Shown piece after piece: positions 9,057 to 18,831 of a DNA stretch of 64,000 bases. Below the pieces are notes generated by a model. It was not told the origin of the DNA. It saw only the letters and a program-made list of their open reading frames with translations, and did no database searches. The translations under genes were made by a program, and so were the position numbers. The stretch's first letter is position 1, and each line of letters begins with the position of its first letter. The stretch covers positions 1,734-65,733 of the forward strand of contig JAGAKG010000057.1 of the NCBI GenBank assembly GCA_017625755.1, read 5' to 3'. The DNA is from Clostridia bacterium (GTDB lineage: Bacteria > Bacillota > Clostridia > Oscillospirales > CAG-272).

Positions 9057-9983
9057 TCACTCAAACAACGGAGTTGAGAAATATCGTTCGGCGGTGTCAG
9101 GAAGAACGGTAACGACCGTTTTACCCTTACCGAGAATTTTAGCGAGACGAAGCGCGGCGGCGACATTCGTACCGCTGCTGATACCGCACATAATCCCCTC
9201 TTTTGAAGCAAGGTCACGCGAAGCCCGGAGCGCCTCCTCGTCCTTGATTATACAAACATCGTCATATATATTCTGATTAAGTATCGCGGGGATAAGACCG
9301 TCGCCGATACCCATCTGAACATGCGTTCCGATAGAGCCGCCCGATAGGATCGCGGCGTTTTCGGGCTCGACAGCCCAAATCGTCATATCGGGATTTTGCG
9401 CCTTGAGGGTCTCTCCGATACCCGTAATCGTACCACCCGTACCTATACCCGAGCAAAAGCCGTGGATGGGCTTTCCGACCTGCTCAAGAATCTCGCGTCC
9501 CGTGCTTTCGCGCTGTATCGCGGGATTTGCGGGATTTTCAAACTGCTGAGGAACGAAGACATTCGGGTCCTCAGCCCTCATTCTGAGCGCCATATTAAGG
9601 CACTCCTCGATACAAAGACCTATATTGCCGTCGTCGTGAACGAGAATAACCTCAGCGCCGTAATGCTCAACGAGCTTGCGCCTTTCCTCACTCACCGAGT
9701 CGGGCATAATTATCTTGACCTTGTATCCCCTTACTGCTCCCACGAGCGCAAGACCGATACCCTGATTTCCGCTTGTCGGCTCAACTATCACGGTGTCCTT
9801 GCCTATAAGCCCCTTTTCCTCGGCATCGAGTATCATATTGAACGCCGTACGCGTCTTTATCGAGCCGCCGACATTCAGCCCCTCAAACTTGACGAGTATC
9901 TCTGCGTCGTCGGGTCCCGACATATGCTGAAGTCTGATAATGGGGGTATTCCCCATTGCGTCTAAAATAGTATTGCAAATCAT
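9057..9983 (-). CDS. cysK: Cysteine synthase A
   Basis: PLP lysine GGSIKTR, EPTSGN, GTGGT, GISSG and PDTAERY motifs. Confidence 0.92.
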   Translation of the reverse strand: MICNTILDAMGNTPIIRLQHMSGPDDAEILVKFEGLNVGGSIKTRTAFNMILDAEEKGLIGKDTVIVEPTSGNQGIGLALVGAVRGYKVKIIMPDSVSEERRKLVEHYGAEVILVHDDGNIGLCIEECLNMALRMRAEDPNVFVPQQFENPANPAIQRESTGREILEQVGKPIHGFCSGIGTGGTITGIGETLKAQNPDMTIWAVEPENAAILSGGSIGTHVQMGIGDGLIPAILNQNIYDDVCIIKDEEALRASRDLASKEGIMCGISSGTNVAAALRLAKILGKGKTVVTVLPDTAERYFSTPLFE

Positions 9984-10071
9984 TTTTATATGTTATATAC
10001 CTTTCCTGAATACTGCGTTGCACTAATGATTATAGCACAATGGCAATATTTTGTCAATCCTCGCGCGCAAA

Positions 10072-10947
10072 TCAGCTATTGTCGTAGCGCGATATAAAAT
10101 ACATAAGCTCGTTCTGCTCGCGAAATCCGTGTCCGTGCCAGGCGACGACTCTGTTCTGCTTCGGGAATATCGCGAGCATCTGCCCGAGCATACCGCTCTT
10201 GCAATATCCCTCGGCAAAGCCGCTCATACGAAGCTCATAGCCACGCGAGAAAACCGTTCTTACCCATTCCTCGGACAGTATCCTCTCTCCACGATAAAGC
10301 CCACCGCTTCTGTATACCTCGCCGAGCTTGACCATGTCCTCTGTCGTTATATATAGCCCTGTCGCGCCCATACAATGCCCACAGGGGCATTTGCTCCACG
10401 CGACCTCGCGAAAGCCCAGACGCGAAAAAAGCTCTCTCCAGAGGAATTTATCGAGCGGCTCGCCCGCGATACGCTCACAAACGCGCGCGAGAAGATAATA
10501 CGCCCCGTCGGTATAGGAGCGCTCGCCGCCGTGGTCGGAGACAAGCGGATATTCGAGCATATACGCGAGATAATCCTCGCCAAAGGCGCGCGGGTCGGTG
10601 CAGTCTATATCGAGAAATCCGCGCGGCAGACCGAGAGCGTGTCGCATCGCCATATCGACGGTAACGCTCTCCCACCGCCCGTCCATTCTCTCGCGCGTTC
10701 TCTCCAAAATATCCCGCGAAAGGATATCGCAAACGAGCGCGTCGGTCGAGATAAGCCCCCTGTCGCAAAGCAGACCTATCGCGGTGACGGTAAAGACCTT
10801 CGCCACAGAATACGAGTTTTGAGCGGCGTTTGCGGGATTTATGCAGATACTCTCCGCCTCGCCGCCGTCGCATATCTCGGCAATCGAATAAATATTATAA
10901 TTTTTCTCCCTTATGAACGCCGCCGCGTCCCTCAGAAAATCGCTCAT
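10072..10947 (-). CDS. Serine hydrolase of the beta-lactamase-like family
   Basis: SxxK motif (SVAK), YTD, LFSRLG and G-L-x-I-T-x-x-D-M-x-K-L-G. Start placed at ATG 10947 behind an RBS. Confidence 0.8.
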   Translation of the reverse strand: MSDFLRDAAAFIREKNYNIYSIAEICDGGEAESICINPANAAQNSYSVAKVFTVTAIGLLCDRGLISTDALVCDILSRDILERTRERMDGRWESVTVDMAMRHALGLPRGFLDIDCTDPRAFGEDYLAYMLEYPLVSDHGGERSYTDGAYYLLARVCERIAGEPLDKFLWRELFSRLGFREVAWSKCPCGHCMGATGLYITTEDMVKLGEVYRSGGLYRGERILSEEWVRTVFSRGYELRMSGFAEGYCKSGMLGQMLAIFPKQNRVVAWHGHGFREQNELMYFISRYDNS

Positions 10948-10967
10948 AGTACACCCTTTCAGGCCAT

Positions 10968-12953
10968 TTATCTGACCTTTGTCATACAAAATCCGCATCT
11001 CGCGGGTAGATATATCGGGAACTTATAGGTTCCGTCGGGCTGCTTTTTCGCACGGTATATATACTCCTCGGATATTCTGTCCCAGCCGCCGAAACGACCC
11101 TCGTCGGTAGAGAGCAGAACTCGGTATTTGCCCGCCGAAGGTACTGTCATCGTATAATCTGTGTAATATCCCGACGGGCTGAAATTAAGCGCGAATATCA
11201 ATCCGCCGCGTTCGTAGACAAGCACCTGACGGTCGGCGTCGATAAACAGACTTTTCAGCTCCTTATCATAGAGCGACTTCGAGCGGCAAAGCCCGACCAT
11301 AGCCGCGTCAAACGCCTCAAGCTCGCCGTATTTCAGGTTATCGTCGTCGGCAAGATGCCACTGCCGCTTGCAGTAAAAATAGCTCCAGCCGTTACCCTCT
11401 CTCGGAAAATCTATCCACTCGGGGTGACCGAACTCGTTGCCCATAAAGTTGAGATATCCCTCTCCGCCCGCTGTCATAGTTATCATTCTTATCAGCTTGT
11501 GAAGCGCCATTCCGCGCTCTATAACGGGACTCGAGCAGGTCTTTGCCATATCGGTATACATCGCGCTGTCGCAAAGGCGGAAGATTATCGTCTTGTCGCC
11601 CACAAGAGCCTGGTCGTGCGACTCGGAGTATCCGATATATTTCTCGGCAGGACGGCGGCTTGTCAGCTCGTGCCAGATATGCCACATATTCCAGTCCTCG
11701 TCGCGCTGCTTTTTGATAAGCTTTATCCACATATCGGGCTCGCCCATAGCAAGACGGTAGTCAAATCCGATACCGCCCTCCTCTATCGGCAGACACATTC
11801 CGGGCATCGCCGACATATCCTCAGCAACCGTTATCGCCCTCGGGTTGACCTCGCGGATAAGCTCGTTTGCGAGCTGAAGATAGGTTATCGCCTCGGTGTC
11901 GGTGTTCAGCGAGAAATACTTGGAGTAATCGGTAAACGCCTCGCCAAGTCCGTGATTGTGGTATATCATTGAGGTAACTCCGTCAAAGCGGAAGCCGTCA
12001 AAGTGAAATTCTGTAAGCCAGAATTTGAGGTTTGAAAGCAGGAAGTGGATTACCTCGTTTTTCTCGTAATTAAAGAGCTTCGTGCCCCACGCAGGATGCT
12101 CTCCCCTCTCTCCCTCGTGGAAAAACTGATAGGGCGTTCCGTCGAACTCGCCGATACCCTCGGCGGTATTCTTCACGGCGTGGGAGTGTACCACATCGAG
12201 AAGCACGGCTATTCCCATAGAGTGCGCCGTGTCGATAAGCGCCTTAAGCTCGTTTGGCGTTCCGTATCTCGAGCAGGTCGCAAAGAAATTCGAGACCTGA
12301 TATCCGAAAGAGCCGTAGTATGGATGCTCCATGATCGCCATTATCTGAATAGCGGTATAGCCCAGCTTCTTTATTCTCGGAAGCACATTTTCGCAAAACT
12401 CCGCGTATGTGCCTATCCCCTCCTTCTCCTGCGCCATTCCGATATGGCACTCGTAGATAAGGAGCTGCTTCGGGGGCATGAAGCTTCTCTTGTGCCACTT
12501 GTATTTTTGCTCGTCGCATATCACGCCGCACCAGGCGTGAGTGACCTCGTCTTGGACGACACGGCGGATATAAAGCGGTATGCGCTCGAGAAGCTCGCCG
12601 TTATGCCTTATGATAGTCTTTACCCGACAACCGTCGTAAAGCGCGTTCACATCGGGAATAAATATCTCAAAAACTCCGTTTCCGAGAGGTGTGAGCTTCC
12701 ACTCCAGCCACTTCCAGTCGACCATATCTCCCGTGAGATAAACCTCCTCCGCGGCGGGCGCCCACTCGCGGTAATACCAGCCCTTTTTCGTCTTATGAAA
12801 CCCGAAAAACTCGTGACCGTTCGCAAAGTCCGAAAGACTTCCGTTCTCACCCACAAGCTCACGCCGCTTGCGCTCGTAATTTTTCATTCTCTGCTCTATA
12901 TCCTGCTCAAAGGGTAGCAGATAGGGGTCGTACTCAAAAATTTTATAGCTCAT
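10968..12953 (-). CDS. glgB: 1,4-alpha-glucan branching enzyme (GH13, eukaryote/Bacteroidetes-like subtype)
   Basis: REWAP, IYECHIGMA, DVVHSH, FDGFRFDGVTSM, AED, ESHDQ and MGNEFGHPEWIDFPR motifs. Confidence 0.95.
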   Translation of the reverse strand: MSYKIFEYDPYLLPFEQDIEQRMKNYERKRRELVGENGSLSDFANGHEFFGFHKTKKGWYYREWAPAAEEVYLTGDMVDWKWLEWKLTPLGNGVFEIFIPDVNALYDGCRVKTIIRHNGELLERIPLYIRRVVQDEVTHAWCGVICDEQKYKWHKRSFMPPKQLLIYECHIGMAQEKEGIGTYAEFCENVLPRIKKLGYTAIQIMAIMEHPYYGSFGYQVSNFFATCSRYGTPNELKALIDTAHSMGIAVLLDVVHSHAVKNTAEGIGEFDGTPYQFFHEGERGEHPAWGTKLFNYEKNEVIHFLLSNLKFWLTEFHFDGFRFDGVTSMIYHNHGLGEAFTDYSKYFSLNTDTEAITYLQLANELIREVNPRAITVAEDMSAMPGMCLPIEEGGIGFDYRLAMGEPDMWIKLIKKQRDEDWNMWHIWHELTSRRPAEKYIGYSESHDQALVGDKTIIFRLCDSAMYTDMAKTCSSPVIERGMALHKLIRMITMTAGGEGYLNFMGNEFGHPEWIDFPREGNGWSYFYCKRQWHLADDDNLKYGELEAFDAAMVGLCRSKSLYDKELKSLFIDADRQVLVYERGGLIFALNFSPSGYYTDYTMTVPSAGKYRVLLSTDEGRFGGWDRISEEYIYRAKKQPDGTYKFPIYLPARCGFCMTKVR

Positions 12954-13204
12954 AATACACCCTCCTGAAATATCAATATCAAAATTAAAGCGTCATTTTC
13001 TGTTTTTAGTATAACACATCTTTTTCTTTTTTTCAATAATCTTATTCGTCTTTGGGGAAATTTAAAGAAAGTTTCACCCTCCATAACCGTATCGGCAGCG
13101 ATATTCTCCACCGAAACAGATATGGCGACTATCCTTAGCCTTCCCCAGTGGGGAAGGCTTTCGCTGCGTCGGGATTATTGGAATATAAAAATCTCTATAT
13201 AAGC

Positions 13205-13238
13205 AAAAACCGCCCACACTCCGAAACGGAGTGTGGGC
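13205..13238 (-). terminator. Intrinsic terminator of the permease gene
   Basis: GCCCACACTCCG-aaa-CGGAGTGTGGGC with an adjacent A-tract. Confidence 0.75.
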
Positions 13239-13253
13239 AAATCAATTTGAATT

Positions 13254-14609
13254 TTATTCGTCTGCCTTCTTGGAAAGCATAAGGTTTGTGAGTATACCAA
13301 GAATGAGCGCGCAAGCGATAGAGGTGATTTTTATATCATAACCGCATATCTTGAAGGACAGAGCAAGTCCGCCGATACCGCAGATAAGAATTACCGATAC
13401 GACGAACAGATTCCTGTTCTGCTCGAGGTCTACCTTCTGTATCATCTTGAGTCCCGATACCGCGATAAATCCGTACAGAGCGATACAAACACCGCCCATT
13501 ACGCACGCGGGGATAGAGTTAACGAATGCTACGAAGGGAGCGAAGAAGGAAATGAGTATCGCGCCGATAGCAGTCGCCAGAATGGTAACGACAGACGCGT
13601 TTCTCGTGATAGCAACGCAGGCTACCGACTCGCCGTATGTCGTGTTGGGGCATCCGCCGAAGAACGCGCCAGCCATAGAGCCAACGCCGTCGCCGAGAAG
13701 CGTGCGGTGAAGTCCGGGATCCTCAAGCAGATCCTTCTCTATGATAGAGGAGATGTTCTTGTGGTCAGCAACATGCTCAGCAAATACAACGAAAGCAACA
13801 GGCGCATAAGCAAAGAAGAGCGTTACCAGATAACTGGGAGTTATCTCTTTTACACCCTTGAAAGCAGTCATGAAAGTGAAATCGGGAATCTCAATAAATG
13901 TGTGGAGACCTACTCCGCCATCAACGAGCGCTTTGAAAAAGTTGAAGTCTATAATCATAAGCGCGCTGTTGTCGGTAACCTGACCGATAACTGTAAAGAT
14001 AGCTGCAACGGCATATCCCGCAAGGATACCCATAATAAAGGGAATGAGCTTGACCATCTTCTTTCCGTAGGTCGAGCAAAGAACGGTAACCGCAAGGGCT
14101 ACAAGTCCGCAAAGTATGCAGATGAGGGGGTTAGCCGTGCCAATATCGCCCTTCTGAAGGTCGCCGATAGCGTTACCCGCAAGAGAGAGACCGATTATTG
14201 CGACAGTAGGACCAATAACAACGGGGGGCATAAGCTTGTTGAGCCACTTAACACCCGCAAATTTAACTATGAGAGCAATGATAACATAAACCAGTCCCGC
14301 CATAACGGCACCGATTATAAGTCCCATATATCCGGCCACCGTTGACATAGCTCCCGCAAACGCCGCTTGCATAGATGGAATAAACGCAAACGAGGAACCG
14401 AGGAACACCGGGCTTCTGAATTTAGTGAAGCAGAGGTAAACGAGTGTTCCAATACCCGCTCCGAACAGAGCCGCAACGGGGCTCATTCCGTGACCGATGA
14501 TTAGGGGAACAACGAGGGTTGCCGCCATAATAGCAAGTAGCTGCTGGATAGCGAACACGATAACCTGACCAAGCTTCGGTTTGTCTTTGACATCATAAAT
14601 AAGTTTCAT
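13254..14609 (-). CDS. uraA: NCS2-family uracil/xanthine permease (UraA/PyrP-like)
   Basis: LGSSFAF, AEHVADH, RTLLGDG and PNTTYGES motifs, many TM segments. ATG at 14609 behind GGAGG. Confidence 0.88.
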   Translation of the reverse strand: MKLIYDVKDKPKLGQVIVFAIQQLLAIMAATLVVPLIIGHGMSPVAALFGAGIGTLVYLCFTKFRSPVFLGSSFAFIPSMQAAFAGAMSTVAGYMGLIIGAVMAGLVYVIIALIVKFAGVKWLNKLMPPVVIGPTVAIIGLSLAGNAIGDLQKGDIGTANPLICILCGLVALAVTVLCSTYGKKMVKLIPFIMGILAGYAVAAIFTVIGQVTDNSALMIIDFNFFKALVDGGVGLHTFIEIPDFTFMTAFKGVKEITPSYLVTLFFAYAPVAFVVFAEHVADHKNISSIIEKDLLEDPGLHRTLLGDGVGSMAGAFFGGCPNTTYGESVACVAITRNASVVTILATAIGAILISFFAPFVAFVNSIPACVMGGVCIALYGFIAVSGLKMIQKVDLEQNRNLFVVSVILICGIGGLALSFKICGYDIKITSIACALILGILTNLMLSKKADE

Positions 14610-14658
14610 GTGTCTTCCTCCATAAAATTGTTTTTTCAAAATGCTCCCGCCTCAGCAT

Positions 14659-14795
14659 AAAGAAACGCCGCCGATAGAAACAGGCAATCATTTCTCGGCA
14701 GCGACACGCAAGTACTGTACAATATGGATATTGCGTACTTTGTACAATATATGCTTGTCCTTGGTATCAAACGCATCTGCCGTTTAAACGGACAA
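14659..14795 (-). promoter_or_regulatory. Attenuator-like 5' leader of the permease
   Basis: Upstream hairpin (TTGTCC/GGACAA, TTAAACG/CGTTTGA), then a terminator hairpin with U-rich tail. A promoter TTTACA-N17-TATAAT lies at about 14811-14839. Confidence 0.6.
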
Positions 14796-14969
14796 CATTT
14801 TTCGACATTTATTATATCACACCTAGACAGACTTGTAAATAGCTTTTTTAAATATCACAAATAAAAAATATAACTATTTTTCATCTATTTCCCTTAATAA
14901 GCGCCTATTCGCAGAGAAAAAATATGAATGACAAAGAAAAAATAACACTTCTCGGAAGGAATTTTTACT

Positions 14970-15209
14970 ATGAACTGCAATATTACATTCAAAAAAACGC
15001 GGAATAAGATATCCGTCTGGGTCCTGGTTTTTACCCTGCTCTGCACTATACTGACCTCCGCGCTTCCTCTGCGCGCCCTCGCCGCGCCTATCTCCTCGGA
15101 TATCGCAACCGCCCCCGAAGCCAGCGTCGGGCTTACGGGAATAATTATCACGATAATCGCCGCAATTGCCGTAATTGCTATAATCATATTCACCGTGCGG
15201 GGCGCGTAG
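14970..15209 (+). CDS. Small membrane protein (signal peptide-like segment plus C-terminal TM)
   Basis: 79 aa with two hydrophobic segments and an RBS (AAGGA). Confidence 0.55.
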   Translation: MNCNITFKKTRNKISVWVLVFTLLCTILTSALPLRALAAPISSDIATAPEASVGLTGIIITIIAAIAVIAIIIFTVRGA

Positions 15210-15248
15210 ATTGACGCCAAAGCAAGGCATAATTTTAAATCTCACTCG

Positions 15249-15308
15249 GTAGGGGTCGGTGCCTCGACGACCCGTTTTATCGTTGTTTCATCTTTTGCCT
15301 GTCCCTAC
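15249..15308. repeat. Degenerate GTAG-type REP doublet
   Basis: GTAG-GGGTCG...CGACCC ... GTCCCTAC. Confidence 0.55.
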
Positions 15309-15332
15309 AAGCATATTCTTTCAAAGCGCAAT

Positions 15333-15362
15333 AAAACGGGCGATTCGTAAATCGCCCGTTTT
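15333..15362. terminator. Bidirectional terminator ending the ribosomal superoperon
   Basis: AAAACGGGCGATT-cgta-AATCGCCCGTTTT. Confidence 0.8.
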
Positions 15363-15385
15363 GTTGTTGTTTTTGGAAAGCGAGA

Positions 15386-15808
15386 TTACTTGAGAGGTTC
15401 AGCCTCTACCTTCTTCTCTTTCTTTGCCTTTTTGTTTTTCTTATCGTCCTCAGTAGGCTTTACATAGTCGATAAGCTTAACGATCGCCATCTCAGCGCCG
15501 TCGCCTCTGCGCGCGCCAAGCTTGAAGATCTGTGTATATCCACCGTTACGCTCTGCATAAAGAGGAGCGAGCTCGTTGAACACCTTAGTTACAACATTCT
15601 CGTCTGTTATATATGCGAGAGCCGCACGACGGCTGGCAAGAGTATTCTTCTTGCCGAGAGTGATCATTTTTTCAGCAACAGAACGAACTTCCTTTGCTCT
15701 GGTAAGAGTTGTCTCTACCTGTCCGTTCTTGAGCAGCAATGTTACCATTCCGCGAAGCATAGCTTTTCTGTGCGCGGTAGGTCTGCCAAGTTTTCTTGTT
15801 CCGGGCAT
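15386..15808 (-). CDS. rplQ: 50S ribosomal protein L17
   Basis: [15 protein letters not shown]...ERNGGYT...RRGDGAEMA. Confidence 0.98.
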   Translation of the reverse strand: MPGTRKLGRPTAHRKAMLRGMVTLLLKNGQVETTLTRAKEVRSVAEKMITLGKKNTLASRRAALAYITDENVVTKVFNELAPLYAERNGGYTQIFKLGARRGDGAEMAIVKLIDYVKPTEDDKKNKKAKKEKKVEAEPLK

Positions 15809-15880
15809 TGTCGTGTCCCTCCTTTTACGAATTTTAATCTAATGCAACGCATCCATTTGACAGCGTTTTCTCCGCCGTCA

Positions 15881-16855
15881 TTATTCCTCTTCTTTTCTGA
15901 GGTCAAGTCCCAATGAATGCAGTTTCTGAATAACTTCTTCCAGCGACTTCTTTCCGAGGTTGCGGACCTTTATCATATCCTCCTCGGTACGGTTCGTCAG
16001 GTCTTCCACTGTGTCAATGCCTGCGCGCTTCAAGCAATTGAAGCTTCTTACAGACATGTCAAGCTCCTCAATGGTCATCTCAAGAACCTTTTCCTTAATG
16101 GTCTCTTCTCTTTCAACCATTATTTCAACATTCTTTGCTTCATCCGACAAATCAACAAACAAGTTGAGATGCTCGTTGAGAATCTTGGCGCCGAACGAAA
16201 TCGCTTCCTTAGCTGAAATTGTTCCATTTGTGAGGACTTCGAGTGTCAGCTTATCAAGGTCGGTAACACTACCAACACGGGTGTTCTCAACCGTGTAGCT
16301 AACATTGTAAACAGGTGTGTATATCGAATCGGTATAAATCGTTCCGATAGGCGCGGAAATGTTTGCTCCGAGCATCTGCGCGTGAAGCTGCTTATTGCGC
16401 TCCTGCGAAACATATCCTCTGCCGTGGTCGAATGTAAGCTCCATATAGAGTCTCTCGCCTTCTGCGACAGTTGCTATATGATGGTTCGGATTGAGTATAT
16501 CTATGTCCGAATCCTGCTTGATGTCTCCGGCAGTTACCTCCTGCTCACCTGTTACATCGATTATAACGGTCTTGGGCGCATTGCCGTGAAGCTTTGCGAT
16601 TATTCCCTTTACATTGAGCACTATCTCGGTTACATCTTCTCTTACACCGGGAATAGTGGAAAACTCGTGGAGTACGCCGTCTATCTTTATGTTAGTTACC
16701 GCGTATCCTGGCAGCGAGCTGAGCATTATTCTGCGCAGCGAGTTGCCGAGCGTTATTCCAAATCCTCTTTCGAGGGGCTCAACGATGAATTTGCCACAAG
16801 TTCCGTCTTCGCTAAGGTTAACAGTCGTTATATTGGGCTTTTCAATTTCTATCAT
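15881..16855 (-). CDS. rpoA: RNA polymerase alpha subunit
   Basis: [17 protein letters not shown], alpha-[16 protein letters not shown]...RNLGKKS. Confidence 0.99.
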   Translation of the reverse strand: MIEIEKPNITTVNLSEDGTCGKFIVEPLERGFGITLGNSLRRIMLSSLPGYAVTNIKIDGVLHEFSTIPGVREDVTEIVLNVKGIIAKLHGNAPKTVIIDVTGEQEVTAGDIKQDSDIDILNPNHHIATVAEGERLYMELTFDHGRGYVSQERNKQLHAQMLGANISAPIGTIYTDSIYTPVYNVSYTVENTRVGSVTDLDKLTLEVLTNGTISAKEAISFGAKILNEHLNLFVDLSDEAKNVEIMVEREETIKEKVLEMTIEELDMSVRSFNCLKRAGIDTVEDLTNRTEEDMIKVRNLGKKSLEEVIQKLHSLGLDLRKEEE

Positions 16856-16953
16856 TCCAAATAAACCCTCCTAATAATTTTGTTAGTTGCAAAATATCTT
16901 TGCGTTGGTACGCTGTTTTGTCTTTATCCGTCCCACGAATAAAGAAATGGAAA

Positions 16954-17580
16954 TTACTTGGAATAAAGCTCGACGATAAGCTGCTCGTTGAAATCGAAAT
17001 CAACATCGTCTCTCTGGGGAAGAGCTACGACTTTAGCGCTGAGGTTGGTCTTATCAACATCAAGCCACTTGGGAGCAGTTTTTGTCTGAAGCGCTTCTGC
17101 AAGGCTCTTGCACTTTACCGAGTTGCGGAAGTTCTCTCTAACCGCTACTACATCGCCTGCGCTTACGATGATAGAAGGAATGTTGACCTTCTTACCGTTA
17201 AGCTCGAAGTGCTCGTGGAGAACGAGCTGACGAGCTTCCTTACGGCTCTCTGCCATACCCATTCTGTATACCACATTGTCAAGACGGCGCTCGATAAGCT
17301 TGAGCAGGTTCTCACCTGTCATACCCTCTTTACGCTCTGCCTCTGCGAAGTAGTTCTTGAACTGCTTCTCCTGTACTCCGTAGTATCTCTTCGTCTTCTG
17401 CTTCTCACGAAGCTGCATTCCATATTCTCTCTGCTTCTTGTTTGCCGCGCCGTGCTGACCGGGAGCTGTTGCTCTGCGATCGAGAGCGCACTTACCCGAT
17501 GTGCATCTTTCGCCCTTGAGGAAAAGCTTTGTTCCCTCTCTGCGGCAAAGCTTACAAGCAGGTCCTGTATATCTTGCCAT
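16954..17580 (-). CDS. rpsD: 30S ribosomal protein S4
   Basis: [16 protein letters not shown]...LERRLDN-like...IVELYSK. Confidence 0.99.
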   Translation of the reverse strand: MARYTGPACKLCRREGTKLFLKGERCTSGKCALDRRATAPGQHGAANKKQREYGMQLREKQKTKRYYGVQEKQFKNYFAEAERKEGMTGENLLKLIERRLDNVVYRMGMAESRKEARQLVLHEHFELNGKKVNIPSIIVSAGDVVAVRENFRNSVKCKSLAEALQTKTAPKWLDVDKTNLSAKVVALPQRDDVDFDFNEQLIVELYSK

Positions 17581-17603
17581 TGTTCTTTACCTCCTGTTAT
17601 TGA

Positions 17604-18002
17604 TTAAACGCGTCTGCGCTTAGGCGGTCTGCATCCGTTATGCGGAACGGGGGTCACATCCTTGATCATTGTGATCTGAAGACCTGCAGTCTCAAGCGCG
17701 CGGATTGCGGATTCGCGTCCCGATCCGGGGCCCTTTACATACACCTCAACAGACTTGAGGCCGTGTTCCATTGCTGCCTTTGCAGCTGTCTCAGAAGCTG
17801 TCTGAGCTGCATACGGAGTGGACTTTCTGGAGCCTTTGAATCCGAGCTCACCTGCGGATGCCCAAGAAATAGCATTTCCGGCAACATCGGTGATTGTGAT
17901 GATCGTGTTATTGAAAGTTGCACTGATATGAACCGCGCCTTTTTCGATGTTCTTTCTCTCGCGGCGTCTCTTGACAACTTTCTTTGTAGCAACTTTAGCC
18001 AT
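17604..18002 (-). CDS. rpsK: 30S ribosomal protein S11
   Basis: [13 protein letters not shown]...[13 protein letters not shown]. Confidence 0.99.
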   Translation of the reverse strand: MAKVATKKVVKRRRERKNIEKGAVHISATFNNTIITITDVAGNAISWASAGELGFKGSRKSTPYAAQTASETAAKAAMEHGLKSVEVYVKGPGSGRESAIRALETAGLQITMIKDVTPVPHNGCRPPKRRRV

Positions 18003-18017
18003 CTGTTTGCCTCTCCT

Positions 18018-18386
18018 TTACTTCTTCTTGTTTGCAATCGTCTTTGCAGGACCTTTTCTGGTTCTTGCATTGGTTTTTGTTCTCTGTCCTCTTACGGGAA
18101 GACCTTTTCTGTGTCTGATTCCGCGATAGCAATTGATTTCAACCATTCTCTTGATATTAAGAGCTACTTCACGGCGGAGGTCACCCTCAACTGTGTAGTC
18201 GTTTTCAATTACATCACGAAGCTTTGCGATCTCATCCTCTGTGAGATCCTTTGCGCGTGTGTCAGGGTTTATACCTGTTTTTGCGAGAATATCGTTCGCA
18301 CTCTTGCGGCCTATACCGTAGATGTATGTGAGAGCGATCTCTACACGCTTGTTGTTAGGAATATCAACACCAGCTATACGAGCCAT
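18018..18386 (-). CDS. rpsM: 30S ribosomal protein S13
   Basis: [10 protein letters not shown]...[18 protein letters not shown]. Confidence 0.99.
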   Translation of the reverse strand: MARIAGVDIPNNKRVEIALTYIYGIGRKSANDILAKTGINPDTRAKDLTEDEIAKLRDVIENDYTVEGDLRREVALNIKRMVEINCYRGIRHRKGLPVRGQRTKTNARTRKGPAKTIANKKK

Positions 18387-18422
18387 TCTGTTTATTCACC
18401 TCTCTGTTAGATTTTCAGACAA

Positions 18423-18536
18423 TCAGCCCTGTCTCTGCTTGTGCTTGGGGTTCTCGCAGATAACCATTACTTTGCCTTTTCTTTTTATGATTTTGCACTT
18501 TTCGCAAATCTTTTTAACGGATGGTTTAACCTTCAT
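18423..18536 (-). CDS. rpmJ: 50S ribosomal protein L36 (zinc-binding type)
   Basis: Hand translation [37 protein letters not shown]; too short for the ORF track. Confidence 0.98.
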   Translation of the reverse strand: MKVKPSVKKICEKCKIIKRKGKVMVICENPKHKQRQG

Positions 18537-18574
18537 TTTATTACACCATTCCTTTCTGAATTTGTTTATACATA

Positions 18575-18793
18575 TTACTTTGCGCGCCAGGTGATTCGTC
18601 CCTTATTGAGGTCGTATACCGACACCTCAACGGTTACCTTATCCCCGGGCAGTATTCTGATATAATTCATTCTCAGCTTTCCCGATATATGAGCCGTTAC
18701 TATATGCTCGTTCGGAAGCTTTACCTTGAAGGTCGCGTTCGGCAATGCCTCAACTACCGTACCCTCAAACTCTATTACATCATCCTTAGGCAG
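18575..18793 (-). CDS. infA: Translation initiation factor IF-1 (CTG start)
   Basis: Hand translation (M)[71 protein letters not shown], 72 aa. The first codon is CTG, 7 nt after GGAGG. Confidence 0.95.
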   Translation of the reverse strand: MPKDDVIEFEGTVVEALPNATFKVKLPNEHIVTAHISGKLRMNYIRILPGDKVTVEVSVYDLNKGRITWRAK

Positions 18794-18831
18794 AATAATC
18801 CCTCCTCTGCATTATTTTCTGTGATTTCAAC

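Noticed and set aside
10072-10947. Beta-lactam resistance gene
   Set aside because: It has an SxxK fold motif only, no signal peptide and no class A/C/D signature set. It is more likely a cytoplasmic esterase or amidase.
18794-18831. Absence of the KOW/L14e-like gene between map and infA, and of coaBC between rpoZ and priA
   Set aside because: Both genes are variably present at these positions in Clostridia, so their absence is not informative alone.
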